Source: Lama guanicoe (taxonomy: Eukaryota). Taken from it: 64,000 nucleotides of DNA. The DNA is taken from positions 16,186,029 to 16,250,028 of the forward strand of contig MU054323.1 in NCBI GenBank assembly GCA_013239625.1, in the 5' to 3' direction. The translations under genes and the position numbers were made by a program. The notes under the pieces are model-generated. The model made no database searches and was not told the DNA's origin. It saw only the letters and a list, made by a program, of their open reading frames with translations. Shown piece by piece: positions 49,891-64,000 of the stretch (within the stretch, counting starts at the first letter, position 1; every line of letters begins with the position of its first letter).

Positions 49891-51884
49891 AAAAAATACT
49901 TTTTAAAGAGAGTAGATCTTAAACGTTCTCACAACATACACACACACAAATTGTGATTATGTGAGGTGATGGAAGTGGTAACCTTATTGTGGTAATCATT
50001 TTGCAATATATATGCGCATAAAATCATCAGGTTGTACACCTTAAACCTACACAATGTTATAGGTCAATTATATCTCTATAAAGCTGGAAAAAATTTTAAA
50101 AATTTTATTCCTTTGCTTTCTATTCAGTAAGGTAATACATGCTTACTGCAGAAATGTTGAAAAATATGTAAGTGCCTAAAGAAGAAAATACTAATCTCAG
50201 AAATGACCACTATTAACATTTTTACATCTCAATCCAGATATCTTCTATGAATATACAAATTCTAGATATGTTTGTTTTATAATCTTCTTTTTACATGTAA
50301 AAATATTTTTGTGAGCATTTCTTCATGTTATTAAAATTATTTGAAGACATACCTAAAAATGGATGATTAATGGTCCATTATATGCATATACCAAAATGCA
50401 TTTAATCCATTTCCCAAATGTTGGACTCTTTCTGATCTTTCATTTTATAAATAATGCCTGATGAACATTTTTGCATGTAAACTTTGTCTACATCTCTGTT
50501 TATTTCCTTGACAACAATGTTTCCTATGTAAGAGGGCAGCAGAATGAATAGCAAGGATTAATCCTTGTTGGAAGCAACTGAACAACAGAAATGGGTTTTG
50601 CAGGGGCCTGACTCTGCCAGTAGGTGTCATCTTTGCCTCATGGTTTCTGCTCTTACCTATTTTCCTCAGGATGGTTTTTGAAGGCCAGGAATAGAATATA
50701 TTTGTGAGTCAATGGAATTCAACTCCAAATACTAGTCTCCCACAAGAGACACAAATCAACAGCGCCTTGAGGGCTGCAGGCCTGGTTATTTTGCTTTCTC
50801 TGTTGGGTTGATTTTTATCCAACCCAGCAGCATCTTTGCTGCTGACCTAATTCTGAGAAAACGTGTTCAATCCAGATTGCTGGCAAAATTCCATCCTTTT
50901 AGACTCTCTAGGGAAAAAAAACACACACAGGAAAGTAAAAAAAAAAAAAAGCTACTACTGATTGGGTGCTTTCTTAAAGCATAGGGTTAATTAAAAATTC
51001 ACAACAATTAACAAAAAATATTATTATCAACAGCCCTTTTTCGATATGGAAACTGAGGCTCAGAGATGCTACCCTGGCCAAGGTACCATGAATAGTTAAT
51101 GGCCTAAGGCAGCATTCAAATCCAGGAACTTTTATCTCTGAAGCCTCTGATTTTAACAATTTTCCTGTGCTTGTTAAAATTTAGATTCTGAGCCCTGCCC
51201 CAGGCCTATTGGACCAGAATATCCGGGCACAAGGGCTTAGAATTTGCATTTAAATGACCTCCTTGGGATCTTGGTATGTGCACTAAAGGGAGACACCATT
51301 TTATCTGTTCTGTGACCAACTGAACCAACTAGCAGTCATGACTAGAGAGGCTGGGTTGATCTTGGGTGGTCTGAGTCTTGAGTCACTTGTCCAGTCCCCA
51401 TCTGATGTCAGAAACAAAGGTCTTGAAGTACTCTAGGACTGGCTCTGCTCAGAGCATATGATATGTTTTGAAACTGAGAGCTTTGTTGCCTGGGCAACCA
51501 TTCTCCTTTCTTTTCCTAAATAAAGATTCTCTGAAACTCTTTTCATTCCTTAGCAGAGCAGCAGTGTGGCTTACAAACTGGATCTGTGCTTCCAAGTCAG
51601 ACAGACTTAGATTTGAATTCTAGCTCTGCTACTGACAATCTCTGTCTGATCCTGGCCAGGGGACTTAAGCTTGAAGTCTCAGTATTCCCCTGAAAAATGG
51701 ATATATTTACACCAACTTCATAAGGTTGAAGTGAATACTAAATGTTATTAACTGTAAAAGTGAGATATCTACCACTGTCTCGTAATAGGTAGATTAGGAA
51801 ATAATGGGAAAAAATTACCATTTGATTAAATAACAGGGAGAAGAAAAAAGTTATTTTAAGCATAGGTAGCTGTCTTTTTCTAGC

Positions 51885-54800
51885 TATTTAAAAACAGCTT
51901 TATTGAGGTATATTTATATATACATACTGTAGAGTTTACCCATTGTAAGTATACAATTTCATGATTTTTAATAAATTTGTTGAGTTATGCAACCATTGCC
52001 ATGACCCAGAGTTTGACTGCTTCCATCACCTCAGAGCCTTCCCTCTTCTGTTCCCATCATTTATTCCCAGCCTCAGGCAACTACTGCTCTGTTTTCTGTC
52101 TCCATAGATTTTCCATTTCTGGACATTTCATATAAATGGAATCATACCATATGTAGTCTTTAATGTCTGGCTTCTCAGCACAATGTTTCTGAGGTTCATC
52201 CATGTTGTAGTGTGTGTCAGTTTTTTACCTTTTATTGTCAGATAAAATTCCATTGTATGGATATACCAGATTTTGCTTATCCATGCATGACTTATATTTT
52301 CCAACAAAACGTTTGTTGAAATCTTTTGCCTATTTTAAAATCTTTTGCCTATTTTAAAATTGGGCTGTTTGTCTTATTATTGAGTTATACAAGTTCTTTA
52401 TATATCCTAGACAAATCCTTTACCAGATATATGATTTACAAATATTTTGCCTCCTAGTTTGTGACTTTATTAATAAAGTTTTTTGAAGGAGCAAATGTTT
52501 AAAATTTTTTAATGCTGAGAAACTTTGTTCATGTAAGTAGATAGAAGGGAATGGATCAAGTATAGTTATAGCCATGTCACTCGATTTCTTGAACTCTTCC
52601 CCATGCATAGGCTATTGAATAAACTATTATTAAAAACATTTTGAATTTTTTAGCACCTGACAACTTAAGATTAAGTTCTCTTTTAACTTCCTAAGTAACA
52701 GTTTTTTTGAGACATAATGCAATACTACAAATTCATCACTTTAAAGTGTACAAATCAGTGGTATTTAGTGTATTCACAGAGTTGTGAAACCATCACCACT
52801 ATCCAAATTTAGAACAATTTCATCAGCACAAAAGGAAACTCCATACCCATCAGCAGCCATTTCCCATTCTCTCCTCCCCTATCCCTTGACAATCACAAAT
52901 CTATTTTATGACTTTATGGACTTGCCTATTCTGGACATTTCATATAAAGGGAATCATACAATATGTGGAGTTTCATGACTAGCTCCTTTCACTTTATAAT
53001 GTTTTCAATGCTTGTTCATGTTGTAGCATGTATCAATACTTTATTCCTTTTTATGACTAATATTCTACTGTATGAATATTCAAATTTTTGTTTAGCCATT
53101 CATCAGTTGGTAGACATTTGGGTTGTTTCTACATTTTGTCTATTATTAATAATGCTGTTATGAACATTTGGGGATAAGACTTTGTATGGACATGTTTTCA
53201 GTTCTGCTGCAGACTTAGGAGTAGAATTGCTGAATAGTAAGAAAACTGTGTTTAACTTTTTGAGGAATTGCCAAACTGTTTTCAAAAGCAGCTGGACCAT
53301 TTCACATTCCTATCAGAAATATATGAGGATTCCTATTTTTTCCACATTCTACCAACACTTGTTATTATTTCTCTTCTTGATTACAACCATCCTAAGAGGT
53401 GAGAAACAATATCTCATTGTGGTTTTGATTGGCATTTTACTAATGACTAATGATGTTGAGCATCTTCATGTGCTTATTGGCCATATATATATATATATAT
53501 CTCTCTTTGGAAAAATGTCTACACATTTATTTTGCCAACTTTTTCATTGGGTTATGTATCTTTTTTTTTAAATTGAGTTAGAGTTCCCTAGATATTCTGA
53601 ATACAAATTCCTTACTTGGTATGTGATTTGGAAGTATATCGCCTTATTCTGAGTTGTCTTTCTGCTTTTTTTTGTAAGATAAACTTTTATTCATTTGGCA
53701 TAGCATTCATTAAGATATTTTGCAGGCATGTCAGTAATAAAATTTGCCAATTTTATAATTTCAAAATTGTAATTTACATGGGAAAATTATGTAAAATGAC
53801 TAAACTGATTTTTAAATCTTTTTTATTTCTAGCTTTATTGAGATGTTATTGAGATATAACATTGAGTAAGTTTAAAACATACAGTGTGATGATTTGATAT
53901 ATGTATATATTGCAAAATGTTTACTACAATAAGGTTAGTCAAGATATTAAAACTGGAAGAAACAGTGGATAAGCTCCTTTATATCAGATTTTGGCAACGA
54001 ATTTTTTTTTTTTGTATTTGACACCAGAAGCAAAAGCAACAAAAGCAAAAATCAACAAGTAGGACTATAACAAACTAAAAATCTGTACAGTAAAGGAAAC
54101 CATTAGAAAATGAAAAGACTACCTATGGAAAGGGAGAAATTATTTGCAGATCATATATTAATAAGGGTTTAATATCCAAAATATATAAAGAACTCATAAA
54201 GTCAATAGCAAACAAAAACAAAAATAACCCAATTTGATTAAAAAATGGGCAGAAGAACTGAATTTGATTAAAAAATGGGCAGAAGAACTGAACAGACATT
54301 TTCCCAAATGACCAACAGATACTGAAAAGGTGCTCAACATCACTAATCACCAGGCAAATGCAAATCAATACCACACTGAGGTATCACTTCACAGCCATTA
54401 GAATGGCTATTACCAAAAAGATAAGAAACAACAAGTTTTTGGCAAGGATGTGGAGAAAAGGGAATCCTTGTACACGGTGGAAATGCAAATTGGTGCAGCC
54501 ACTATGGAAAACAGTATGGAGGTCCCTCCAAAATTTAAAAATAGAACTATAATATGATCCAGCAATTCCACTTTTGAGCATTTATTTGAAGGATTTGAAA
54601 TTACTGTCTCAAAAAGATATCTATACCCCCACGCTCACTGCAGTGTTATTTACAATAGCCAAGACATGGAAACAACCTAAGTGTCTATCAATGGATAAAG
54701 AAAATTCAGTATATAGATACAATGAAATATCATTCTGCATAAAAAAGAAGAAAATTTTGCCATTTGTGACAACATATGGACCTTAAGGGCATTATACTAA

Positions 54801-56000
54801 ATGAAATAAGTCAGACAAAGAAAGACAAATACTGTATGATCTCATTTATAAGTGGAAGCTAAAGAAAAACAAATTTATAGACACAGAGAAGAATTTGGTG
54901 TTTGCCAAAGGTGGAGGGCGAGGAAGGGTGTAATGGGTGAGTATGGTCAAACTATACAAATTTTTAGTTATAAGATAAATAAGTCCTAGGATGTAATGTA
55001 CAGCATGGTGACTATTGTTAACACTACTGGATTATATATTTGAAAGTTGCTAAAAGACTAAACCTTAAAAGTTCTCATCACAAGAAAAAATATTTTGTAA
55101 CTATCTTTGGTGATGGATTTTAACTAAACTTATAGTAATCATTTTTCAATATATACATGTATCAAATCATTATGTTGTATACCTAAAACTAGTACCATGT
55201 TATTTGCCAATTATATCTCAATAAAAAGGGGTTAGTTAAGACATCCTTCACCTCACACTATTACCATTTTGTCATTGTTGTTATGGCAAATATTTAGAAT
55301 CTACTCTCATAGCAATGTTCACATACACAGTGAATGCAATATTGTTAATTATAGTCACTGTGTTGTACATTAGATCCCTAGAACTTATTTGCCTTATAAG
55401 TGGAAGTTGGTATCGTTTGACCAACATCTCCTTGTTTTCCCCACCCACCAGGCCTTGGCAACCACCATTCTACTCTGCTTCCATGAGTTTAGCTTTTTTA
55501 CATTCCACATGTAAGTGAGATACAGTATTTGGCTTTCTCTTCTTACTTCACTTAGCATAATGTCCTGGAAGTCCACTGTATTATCACAAATGGTAGAATT
55601 TCCCTTTTTGATGGCTGGATTATATTCCATTCTCTCTCTCTCTCTCTCTCCCTCTCTCACACACTCTTTCTCTATCCACTCATCAGTCGATGGACACGAT
55701 GGACATTTAGGTTGTTTCCATGTGTTGGCTGTTATGAATAATACTACAGTGAATGTGGGAGTGCAGATATCTTTTCAATATCCTGTCTTCATTTCCTTTG
55801 GATATATACCCAGCAATGACATTGCGGGATCATATGGCAGTTCTATTTTTGATTAAAAACAAAAATCTTTTGAGGAACTTCCATACTGTTTTCCATAGTA
55901 ACTCCACCGATTTACATTCCCACCAACAAGAAAAGGGTGTCCTTTTCTCTGCATACTTACTGGCATTAGTTATCTCTTGTCTTTTAGATAATAGCCATTT
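51885..56000. mobile_element. Cluster of old L1M 3' fragments, mostly minus strand, with a plus-strand L1 (53948-55227) nested inside
   Basis: Degenerate ORF2 C-terminal peptides (e.g. VQPLWKTVW, TIAKTWKQPKC) and L1 3' UTR motifs; degenerate TSD ggttagtcaagatat / ggttagttaagacat around the nested copy. Confidence 0.88.
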
Positions 56001-59000
56001 TATCTTCAAGCCTGCCTAACCTCTTTTTTTTTTCACTTTATCATAATTTCAGAATTGTTCATTTCATCAAACATATTTAACATAATTTATATTGTATATT
56101 TGATAATTACAATGTCCATATTAATTATGGATATGAATCAATCGTTTGTTCTTCTATCAACTCTTAATTGCATTGGCTTGTTTTCTTGATTTTATTTTTA
56201 AATTTATTTCTTGGTGATTTTTAAGTATGAGCTTATGTTCCTTAAATCTGTTATATGTGAAAATTCTTTGAGGCCTAAAATATGTTTCATTCCTTCAGAG
56301 AGGATTCGTATTTGATTCTTCTATGTGACTAGTGGCACTCTCATGATGGGACTACTTAAAATTTTTAACTTGTTTTGTTTGTTTGTTTGTTTGTTTGTTC
56401 ACATGCATCTTTTAAATTCCAGTCCTAGACCCAACTGGGAACCAGTTTATGGATGTAAATTCTCGGAGAATATGCCTTTCCCCTCTAGATCCACTAATAA
56501 GAGTCAAGGTTCTTTTGGTCTCTATGAATTATTGCTTCTTTTTTCTCTGAGGATATCATCCTGTGGGTGTCCAGCCTTTACCAGGAATCCTTTATCTGTC
56601 ATCTTATTTTCCTCAGGTCATAGCCTTGTTGCTTATGGCTCATTAAAACTTATGTTCTAGGTTACCAGAAATCAGCAGATCCTTGGGGGCAGCTGTTTGC
56701 TTCAATGTTTAATTATCATGCTGGATTTGCGTGCTTTTTTTTTTTTTAAGAAAACTTTGACCATGAAGGATTTCCATTACTTTCTTGCCAACTCAGCTGC
56801 TAGGCATTTAAAGAAATGCTTTGTATATTTTTCCAGCATTATTAAACATCTTTTATTAGGAGAAATTTTCGTTATACTAGTCAGCCATACTGCCAGAAAG
56901 GAAAGTTTTGAAGGATTTCTTTAAATTTTTAACACATAAAGGAAAGTGAATTTGATGTTAGCCTTGATTTCATTTGGAATTTTCCTTTTTGAAAAACTTA
57001 AATTTGTAAATGGATTTAATTTAAGGATTTTAGTTTCTCCCTAGGAACTTCATGGTAAGCAGGTTTAAATTTACATAAGGTGTCTAGCATATACTCACTG
57101 GAGTGTTTTTTATGATCTTTTTGTTTTTTTTTTTTTTTTTGGGGAACTGCTGAAAAGCTATTTTGGACACTGTGAATGGACTAAAGTAGAAAACAGAATA
57201 GAGCATGAATGTTCTCCCTTGAATGAAAAGTAGTATTGGGATCAGTCTAACTGATGAACTCCTAGGAGTTATTTCAGAGACTTCTAGGGGCTAAATCGTC
57301 ACTGTTCAATATAGCCTTTTTTAATAAGAGAGGTGCTGGCATGCTCCCCATCTGCTTTACTCCTTTGTCTCTCCGTCCTCTCTGAGAGAGAAGAGTGTGT
57401 GATTTATTGGGTCCTCTCAAACTCCAGTATTTTTTCATACGTATATTACCCAACAATATAATAACACTGGTTAAGAGTAAGTCCCTATTTATTATTCGGT
57501 TAGTATCTGGACATTTGAAATGACTACCTCCCCACTCCATCCCCCATTTTCCAGTCCCAGGTTTAAATTATTAAACTGAGAGAAAATCTTAAGCACTCCA
57601 AGTCAACGGCTCATTCCTTCCAGAAACTGTCTAGTAGCATCCTTTCAATATAAGAAAATCAGATCAAAAGTATAATCAGTTTAGAGGATGTTATCAGCAA
57701 CAACAAGGTCAGTCATGAACTCAAGAGGAGCTCAAGGACGTCTCTCTTGATAGCAGAAGAGATTCTGGATGCCTCTCAAAGGCTTTGTCTGGCAAGCGTT
57801 TCCTCATCTGAGGCTGATAAGGAAAAAGTCAAGAATGGAGTAGCCCAATGCTTAATGATTTTTTGCTCTATCTGATTTGCTGAGTAGGAGAGAAGATTTA
57901 ATGGACTAACTAGGATTGTTGAAAAGGCAATTTGATGTCTTTTCTGTGACTAGTGGAATGAGGCAGTCTTTCTTCCTGACAGTTAGTATAGGAGTAGTGA
58001 AGCCCATTGGCATTTGTCGGCCCTCTCTCTGGAGATTCTCCCTGGCCTAATTGCTGTACGACCCTGGAGTTACTTATTTGGGATAGTTATTACTGTTTGC
58101 AGATGAGAACACCGAATTTGAGAAGCTGGGTGGGATAACGTCTGTAAGGTACTTATCAAGCACTCAGTAAACTGAAGCTGCAGTAAAGACTTTTTACTCT
58201 ACAATGTAACCTCTCATCAAGTGCGTTACCAATGGACTTACTAGTACCTAGAAAAGACCAAAGAGACATTTGCATAGGGTTTTGTATGGCATATTCCAGG
58301 TCATATGAATTCACTGTTTGAATATTAAGAAGTTAAAATTAAGAGATGACTCTCAATATTTTTGACTCCCCCCCTTCAATTTGGTCTAATACCAGAGCCT
58401 TAAGTATTATATTTCCTCCCAATGTATGGCTATATTACTATTATTTCTATTTGTACAGACCCATATAATTCTGGAATTTAAGGTTTGTTCTTTTTCAACA
58501 TATCATTGGCTTCGAATATTATCTTTTGGTGAAATTTCTGTTCTGACATTCCTATACTTTGCTAACCTGCTAACTTGTGCTATGATGGCAGGAAAGGTTT
58601 TGTATAGGTGACAGAAGAGTAACAGGGTGTGAAAAGGATTCCCCATTGCCGGTCCTATGATAACCTTCAAATACCTCCAAGCACCCTTATATTAGTGCTG
58701 AAGTAACTCAGGATTTTACTGTTTCATGGCACATGCACTATTATGTAAGCTACTGGTGTCCAAAGTGAGGCTCTCAAGATGAGCCTTTGTTTTCTATGTG
58801 AAAACAAAAGAACTATTATTTATATTTAGTTTTTAATTTCATCCTTTAAAAATTCTAAATTTAGTATATTTTAAAGTACATTATACATGTATATATTTTA
58901 AAAATAATATACATATACTGTGAGTACCTACATAGTTTTTTTTTTTAACTGATGGGAGAGTAATTAAAACAATTTGGAGACCACTGGTATAGATTGTATT

Positions 59001-59656
59001 TGCAGATTTAATAATTATTAACTTAAGTATATTAAAGCCAAAACTCATCTTTAGTAACAAAGTTATCTGAAGTTTATACATCATTTATATTCAGTAATAG
59101 CTGAACTTCTATTACTCAAATTTTTAAATTTTGGTTTTTGTAAAATCATGTCTAGAACATGCCTATATTGTTTGGTGGGAATAAATAAATGGAATAAAAC
59201 ATAAGTAAAAGTGAGATAGGACTAAATCTCTTCAGAGATACTAGTTAGCTAGATTTCTAAGGTGAAATACAGCATTCAACTTATTAAGACTTATTCCCTA
59301 AAATGACGTATCCTGAGGTGGTATGAAATGTGTGTGTAAGAGGTTCACATAGAACTTTCAAATGTCACATCCTAACTTAAAAACAGACTTCCATTTTAAA
59401 GTCTATTTTGGTTTTCAGTATGCAAAAGAGGGATTCTCTCTTTCAAGCTTCTAAGTGGGGACGGGAGGGCCCAAGGAAGACGGGAGGTGATTTCTTGTGG
59501 AGAGAAAAGATAACTCAGTAGAATTAAGAGGAAGACAGTCACAGAAGGAAGAAAAAGGACCAAGGTTCAAACCTTCTTGGGGAATTTTAAGGGACTCTGC
59601 AGTACAAGAGAGCATTCAAGATGGTCTGAGGTATGTGAGAGAATTCAAGATAGATG

Positions 59657-60757
59657 CTATTTTAGTCTCCTAGGGTTGCTGTGACCAAGTATCACAAGCT
59701 GGGTGGCTTAAAGCCATAGAAATCTGTTCTCTAGAAGTTCTGGAGGCTGGATGTCTGAAACCAAGGTGTTGGTGGAGCCAAACTTCCTTTAGCTGTCCAG
59801 GGAGAGATCCTTTGTTGCCTTCTGAAGCTTCTGGTAGCCCCTGGTGTTTCTTGGCGTATAGCAGCATTGCTCCAACCTCTCCCTCCTGGCTATTTCTCCT
59901 CGCTGTCTCTGTTCAAGTTTCATTTTTTTAAATAAAGATATCAGTCATATTGGATTAGGGGTCCATGCTACTCCCGTGTTACCTCATTTTAGTTAATTAT
60001 GTCTGCAATGACACTATTTCCAAATAAAGTCATTCTGAAGTTTGGGGTGTTAGTGTTAGAGCAGGCAGATAGCTAGAAATGAGCAGAGAAAGGGGGACAC
60101 AGACCAAATGGCAGGAATTGGGCAGAAAGGAGGGGCACAAGCCAAATGCAGGAAACCACACATCATGTAAGCAGCAGGGGTCCCTGGGCAGAGAAAGAAA
60201 AGCAGGAACGTTGGGGCTGATAAGGGATCATGCTTTTTGGGGTGACAAGTGGCCTGGAGAAGAACCAAAAAAGGTGAGAAAAGGCAGGAATTTCCAGTGT
60301 CAGAATGTAACCTTTTGCTCATTGCCTTCATTTCAATAAAATTAGCCTTGAAGATCAGAAGTACCCATCATGCACCAACGCCATGACACTTCTGATCCAC
60401 ACTAAATAAGGACAAAAATCCCTCCTCCCTTTGGGAAGGTGGAGTTGGGATGATAATCAGGGAATACAACTCCAAACCCTTCTCTCCCCAATGAATATTC
60501 TGCCCATTCATTTTTACACCCTATGTAGCTAACTTGCCAAAGAAACTCAGGGCAGCCGCTCACCTGAGCCTGCCCGCTCTCCCCTTACGAGTGTACTATC
60601 CATCCTTTAATAAATCCTCACTTTACCTTTTTTAACCACTAGGTCTTGTCCTGAATTCTTTCTGGGATGGGACAAGAACCTGGAACACCAGTTGCATCCA
60701 TCGGCAACATTAGGACTTCAATACATCTTTCTGGGGTACAAAATCCAACCCAAAATA
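59657..60757 (-). mobile_element. MLT1 (MaLR) LTR interrupted by a younger solo LTR
   Basis: 'agggttgctgtgaccaagtatcacaagctgggtggcttaaa...ctatttccaaataaagtca' resumes as 'aggacttcaatacatc' after 60713. Confidence 0.85.
60054..60709 (+). mobile_element. ERV1-type solo LTR (656 bp) with perfect TTAG TSD
   Basis: TGTT...AACA inverted termini; ttag at 60050-60053 and 60710-60713; AATAAA at 60609-60614. Confidence 0.9.
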
Positions 60758-61869
60758 GCTGTTGAGTGTCCTGTAGTTTCTTGGGAAGAGAGAAGGAGGG
60801 ATCATGAAGTGATTTGGCAGTCCAGGGTGGGTGGGAGGTGGACTACAAAACATGAGAATGGAGTGGGGATGACTATCCTTAGACATTCTAAGTCAGGACA
60901 TGAACTTGAAGACCTGGAGAATACTGTGGAGAATTAGGGAGAATTTGCCCACACTCAATACTAGCCATCACGTTTATATTAAATTGGATGTTTTTGTTAA
61001 TGAACTTTGTGGAGTCCTGGAAGCTTTGTTTGCAAGTGGATGAGTGGCGGCTGCCATTTACTGGTGCCCCCACCCCCACCACAACCATACTACCTCTCCA
61101 TGGCTGCTGTCCAGTCTGGCGCGTGTCCCATTCTGATTTTGCCATTTCAGTTGTTAAATCTTTTAGAAACCACCCCTGGGAATAGCTATTTAAATAAATT
61201 ATCATTCTAAGTAGTGAGGAAGAGGAGTCAGCACAGAAAATTTTTTTAAGACATTAGTGGTAAACGGAAGGTTATAGTAGCTTGATGGGAGAACAAGGTT
61301 AATATATTTTATTATATTTTAAAATCTTATTAATATCTTTAATTTTAATTTTTAAATGATGTGATTTAAATATATTTATTGTCTAATGGGAGGGCTTGAG
61401 GCCCTGCAGTGGGCAGGAGAGTTTGAGACCAGGCACATTCGTTCTGGGTTAACACTGGAAGGGAGCTAAGTGTTCCTATTTGGGAAATTATTTTACTCCA
61501 GGCCTGATCTTTCTCAGAGTGTCCTCCAGGCTCTAAGTCAGGCTAGCTGGGGTGAATGCCCTAATTCATGGATGCTTTCTTAGTTTGGAAGCCATGCTGG
61601 CCATCTGGTAGGCAAGGATGGGGCTGTTTTCTCCTCATGGGGACCATGGTACTTGGGCACGCTCACACATACCACCGCCAGAGGCAAGCAACTTGGGGGA
61701 GGCCAGAGCCATTCTTGCTTTCCTTCCTGTTTTTCTATCCTTCAGTGGCCAGATGACCTAGTTTCCAATGGGAATAAAGACTAATTGGCTTGTTTTAATA
61801 ATATTTTTACCAATATAATTTCATGTAAGAGCTTTATACTTCTGAGTTAACAGAATTTATTTTAAAATT

Positions 61870-62340
61870 AGACTTTCTTCCTTCTATCAACTCTGGGCTT
61901 AGTTTGCTCTTTTTTTTCTAGTTACTTAAAAAATTTTTTTTTTTTGGTGGGGAAATAGTTAGGTTTACATATTTATTTAGAGGAGGTACTGGGGAATGAA
62001 CCCAGGACCTCAGACATGCTAAGCATGAACTCTACCACTTGAGCTATACCCTCCCCACCACTTTCTTTGAGGTGTTAACTTAGGATGTTTATCTGAGATC
62101 TCTCTTTTTTTCTTAATGTAGACATTTACTGTAATAAACTTCCTTCTTAGAACTGCTTTTGCTATATCCCCTAAATTTTGGTTGTTGTGTTCCCATTTGC
62201 ATTTGAATCAAGTTATTTTTTTGCTTTCCTTTTTGCTTTCTTCTTTGATCCACTGATTGTTCAGGAACATGCTGTTTAATCTCCACATATTTGTGAATTT
62301 TCCAGTTTTTCTTAGAATTGATTTTTAGTTTCATAGCATT
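61870..62340 (-). mobile_element. L1 ORF2 fragment
   Basis: Minus-strand peptide MKLKINSKKNWKIHKYVEIKQH is L1 ORF2-like. Confidence 0.75.
61934..62056 (-). mobile_element. vic-1-like SINE nested in L1
   Basis: Minus strand ggggagggtatagctcaagtggtagag...ggttcattcccc...A tail. Confidence 0.88.
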
Positions 62341-63214
62341 GCCAATTTCTCAACTTCTCTGAGAGGGAATTGCTCCATGTACAGCTGTAAATTTGGTGTG
62401 TTCCTGGGAGGAGGGAATTTCAGGAGCCTCCTGTGTTGTCATTTTGGTTCCTGTTAAATTCTGAATCTATCTTATTATTTTTATTATAAAATTAATCCAT
62501 TGCAATTAGAGAAATTTTTGAAGATTAAAAAATAGAAAGAAATCACTCCAAGTATTACCATTCATAAAAAAATAGTTAATAGCTTGGTGTATTTATGCCA
62601 GACTCCTTTCTTTGAATTGTTAATATACTTGTGATTATACTGCATACACAATTTTTTTCCTGCCTTATAAACTTTGTTATAGCATAAACACTTCCCATTT
62701 TTTAGCAAGTTCTTTATAAACATTCTAGTGGTTGCATAATATTCCATCATGTGAGTGCATGGTTGCTTATATAACCACTCAACTATTTTTGCCATCAAAT
62801 AAAATTGAGGACACTGCCAAGGACACCCTTGTGCAGTGTAGACTGAATAGTTGGAGAACTTTATGGCAATATATACATCTGTGTTGAGAGGCAATATCCT
62901 TTAAGGGATACAGCAACTTCGATGTGGAGCCCACGTGTGAAGGCTAGTTCCTCAGTCCTTGCAGAGTTAATGTCTCATGGGGCTCTGATTGTGCCTGGGA
63001 AGGGATGTGGGGATGGGTTAGGGTAGGAGACAGCAAAGGGGCACTAAAGACTTTGCTAGTCAACAACATTTTCTTATAGTTTCATTCGGGGGTCACACAA
63101 AACACACTGTGTCTTGTGGTTCTTGTACTCAGAAGGCTGGAGGTGAGATTTCACTGGCCCACAATTTCCTTGATGTCTCTTTATAGAGAAGCTAGACTTA
63201 CTATCTGTCCATTT

Positions 63215-64000
63215 AACAGAGAAGTGTCTTGGATTGGTGAAAGAAATTGATGAAGATACAAATAAATGGAAAGAAAATCTGTTTATGGCTCAGAAGGGTT
63301 AATACTGTTAAAATGTTCATACTATCCAAATCCACATATGGATTCATTGTAATACTTACCAAAATTCTAATGGCATTATTTATAGAAACAGAAAAAGCAA
63401 TCCTAAAATTCATACAGAACTACATAAAACCCTGAATAGTCAAAGCAATCTTGAGAAAGAAGAACAAAGCTGTAGGCATCACAATTCCTGATTTCAAATT
63501 GTACTACAAAGCTATAGTAATCAGAACAGTATGGGACTGGTATAAAAACAGACAAATAGACTAATGGAACACAGTTGAGAGCCCAGAAATAAACTCATGC
63601 TTATAAGGTTAACTAATATTTGACAAGAGAGCCAAGAATACTCAATGGAGAAAGAACAGTCTTTTCAATAAATGGTGTTGGGAAAACTGGATATTCTCAT
63701 GCAAAAGAATGAAACTATACCCCTATGATACATCATCCACAAATATCAACTCCAAATGAATGACAGACTTGAATATAAGACCTGAGACCATAAAGCCTAG
63801 AACAAAACATAAAGATACTCCTTGACATTGCAGCATTATTCTCAAAAGCCAAGACATGGAAACAACCTAAATGTCAAACAATGAATGATGGAAAAAGAAG
63901 ATGTGAGATACACACACACACACACTGAAATATTATTCAGTCATAGAAAGAAGATAATCCTGCCATTTGTGACAATATGGGTGGACTTTGAGGGCATTAT
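63215..64000 (+). mobile_element. L1 ORF2 3' region fragment with internal deletion
   Basis: 'RVNTVKMFILSK...IETEKAILKFIQN', 'aataaatggtgttgggaaaactgg', then a jump to 'gccaagacatggaaacaacctaa'. Confidence 0.88.

Noticed and set aside
52784..56019. Cluster of 60-130 aa ORFs
   Set aside because: Sense and antisense fragments of decayed L1; no intact ORF2
36405..64000. Additional protein-coding gene downstream of QPCT
   Set aside because: No CpG island, no recognisable exon peptides, and repeat-dominated; small or non-coding exons cannot be excluded by eye

Overview
Mammalian genomic DNA, most likely a camelid, inferred from three tRNA-derived vic-1-like SINEs and a lineage-type L1 3' end. 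Two main components. (1) A full-length, defective gammaretrovirus-like (ERV1) provirus on the minus strand at 832-9416. It has two 341-bp LTRs (~96% identical by hand alignment), a 4-bp ATAC target-site duplication, a tRNA-Thr primer-binding site, a PPT, and disrupted gag, pro-pol and env. (2) The complete 7-exon QPCT gene (glutaminyl cyclase, 361 aa, intact) on the plus strand, CDS 11973-36404, with a CpG-island promoter head-to-head with the provirus 5' LTR. The rest is intronic or intergenic DNA with DNA-transposon fossils, solo LTRs, L1, L2, MIR, SINEs and small tandem repeats. The most interesting observations are an intact 58-codon two-hydrophobic-segment ORF between pol and env that the ORF track missed, an apparently chimeric env, an intact secreted-type N-terminal Env ORF, better CpG/CCAAT preservation in the LTR next to QPCT, and a 79-nt pre-miRNA-like hairpin in QPCT intron 5. 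Repeat family names come from recognition of consensus sequences and were not confirmed by a search.
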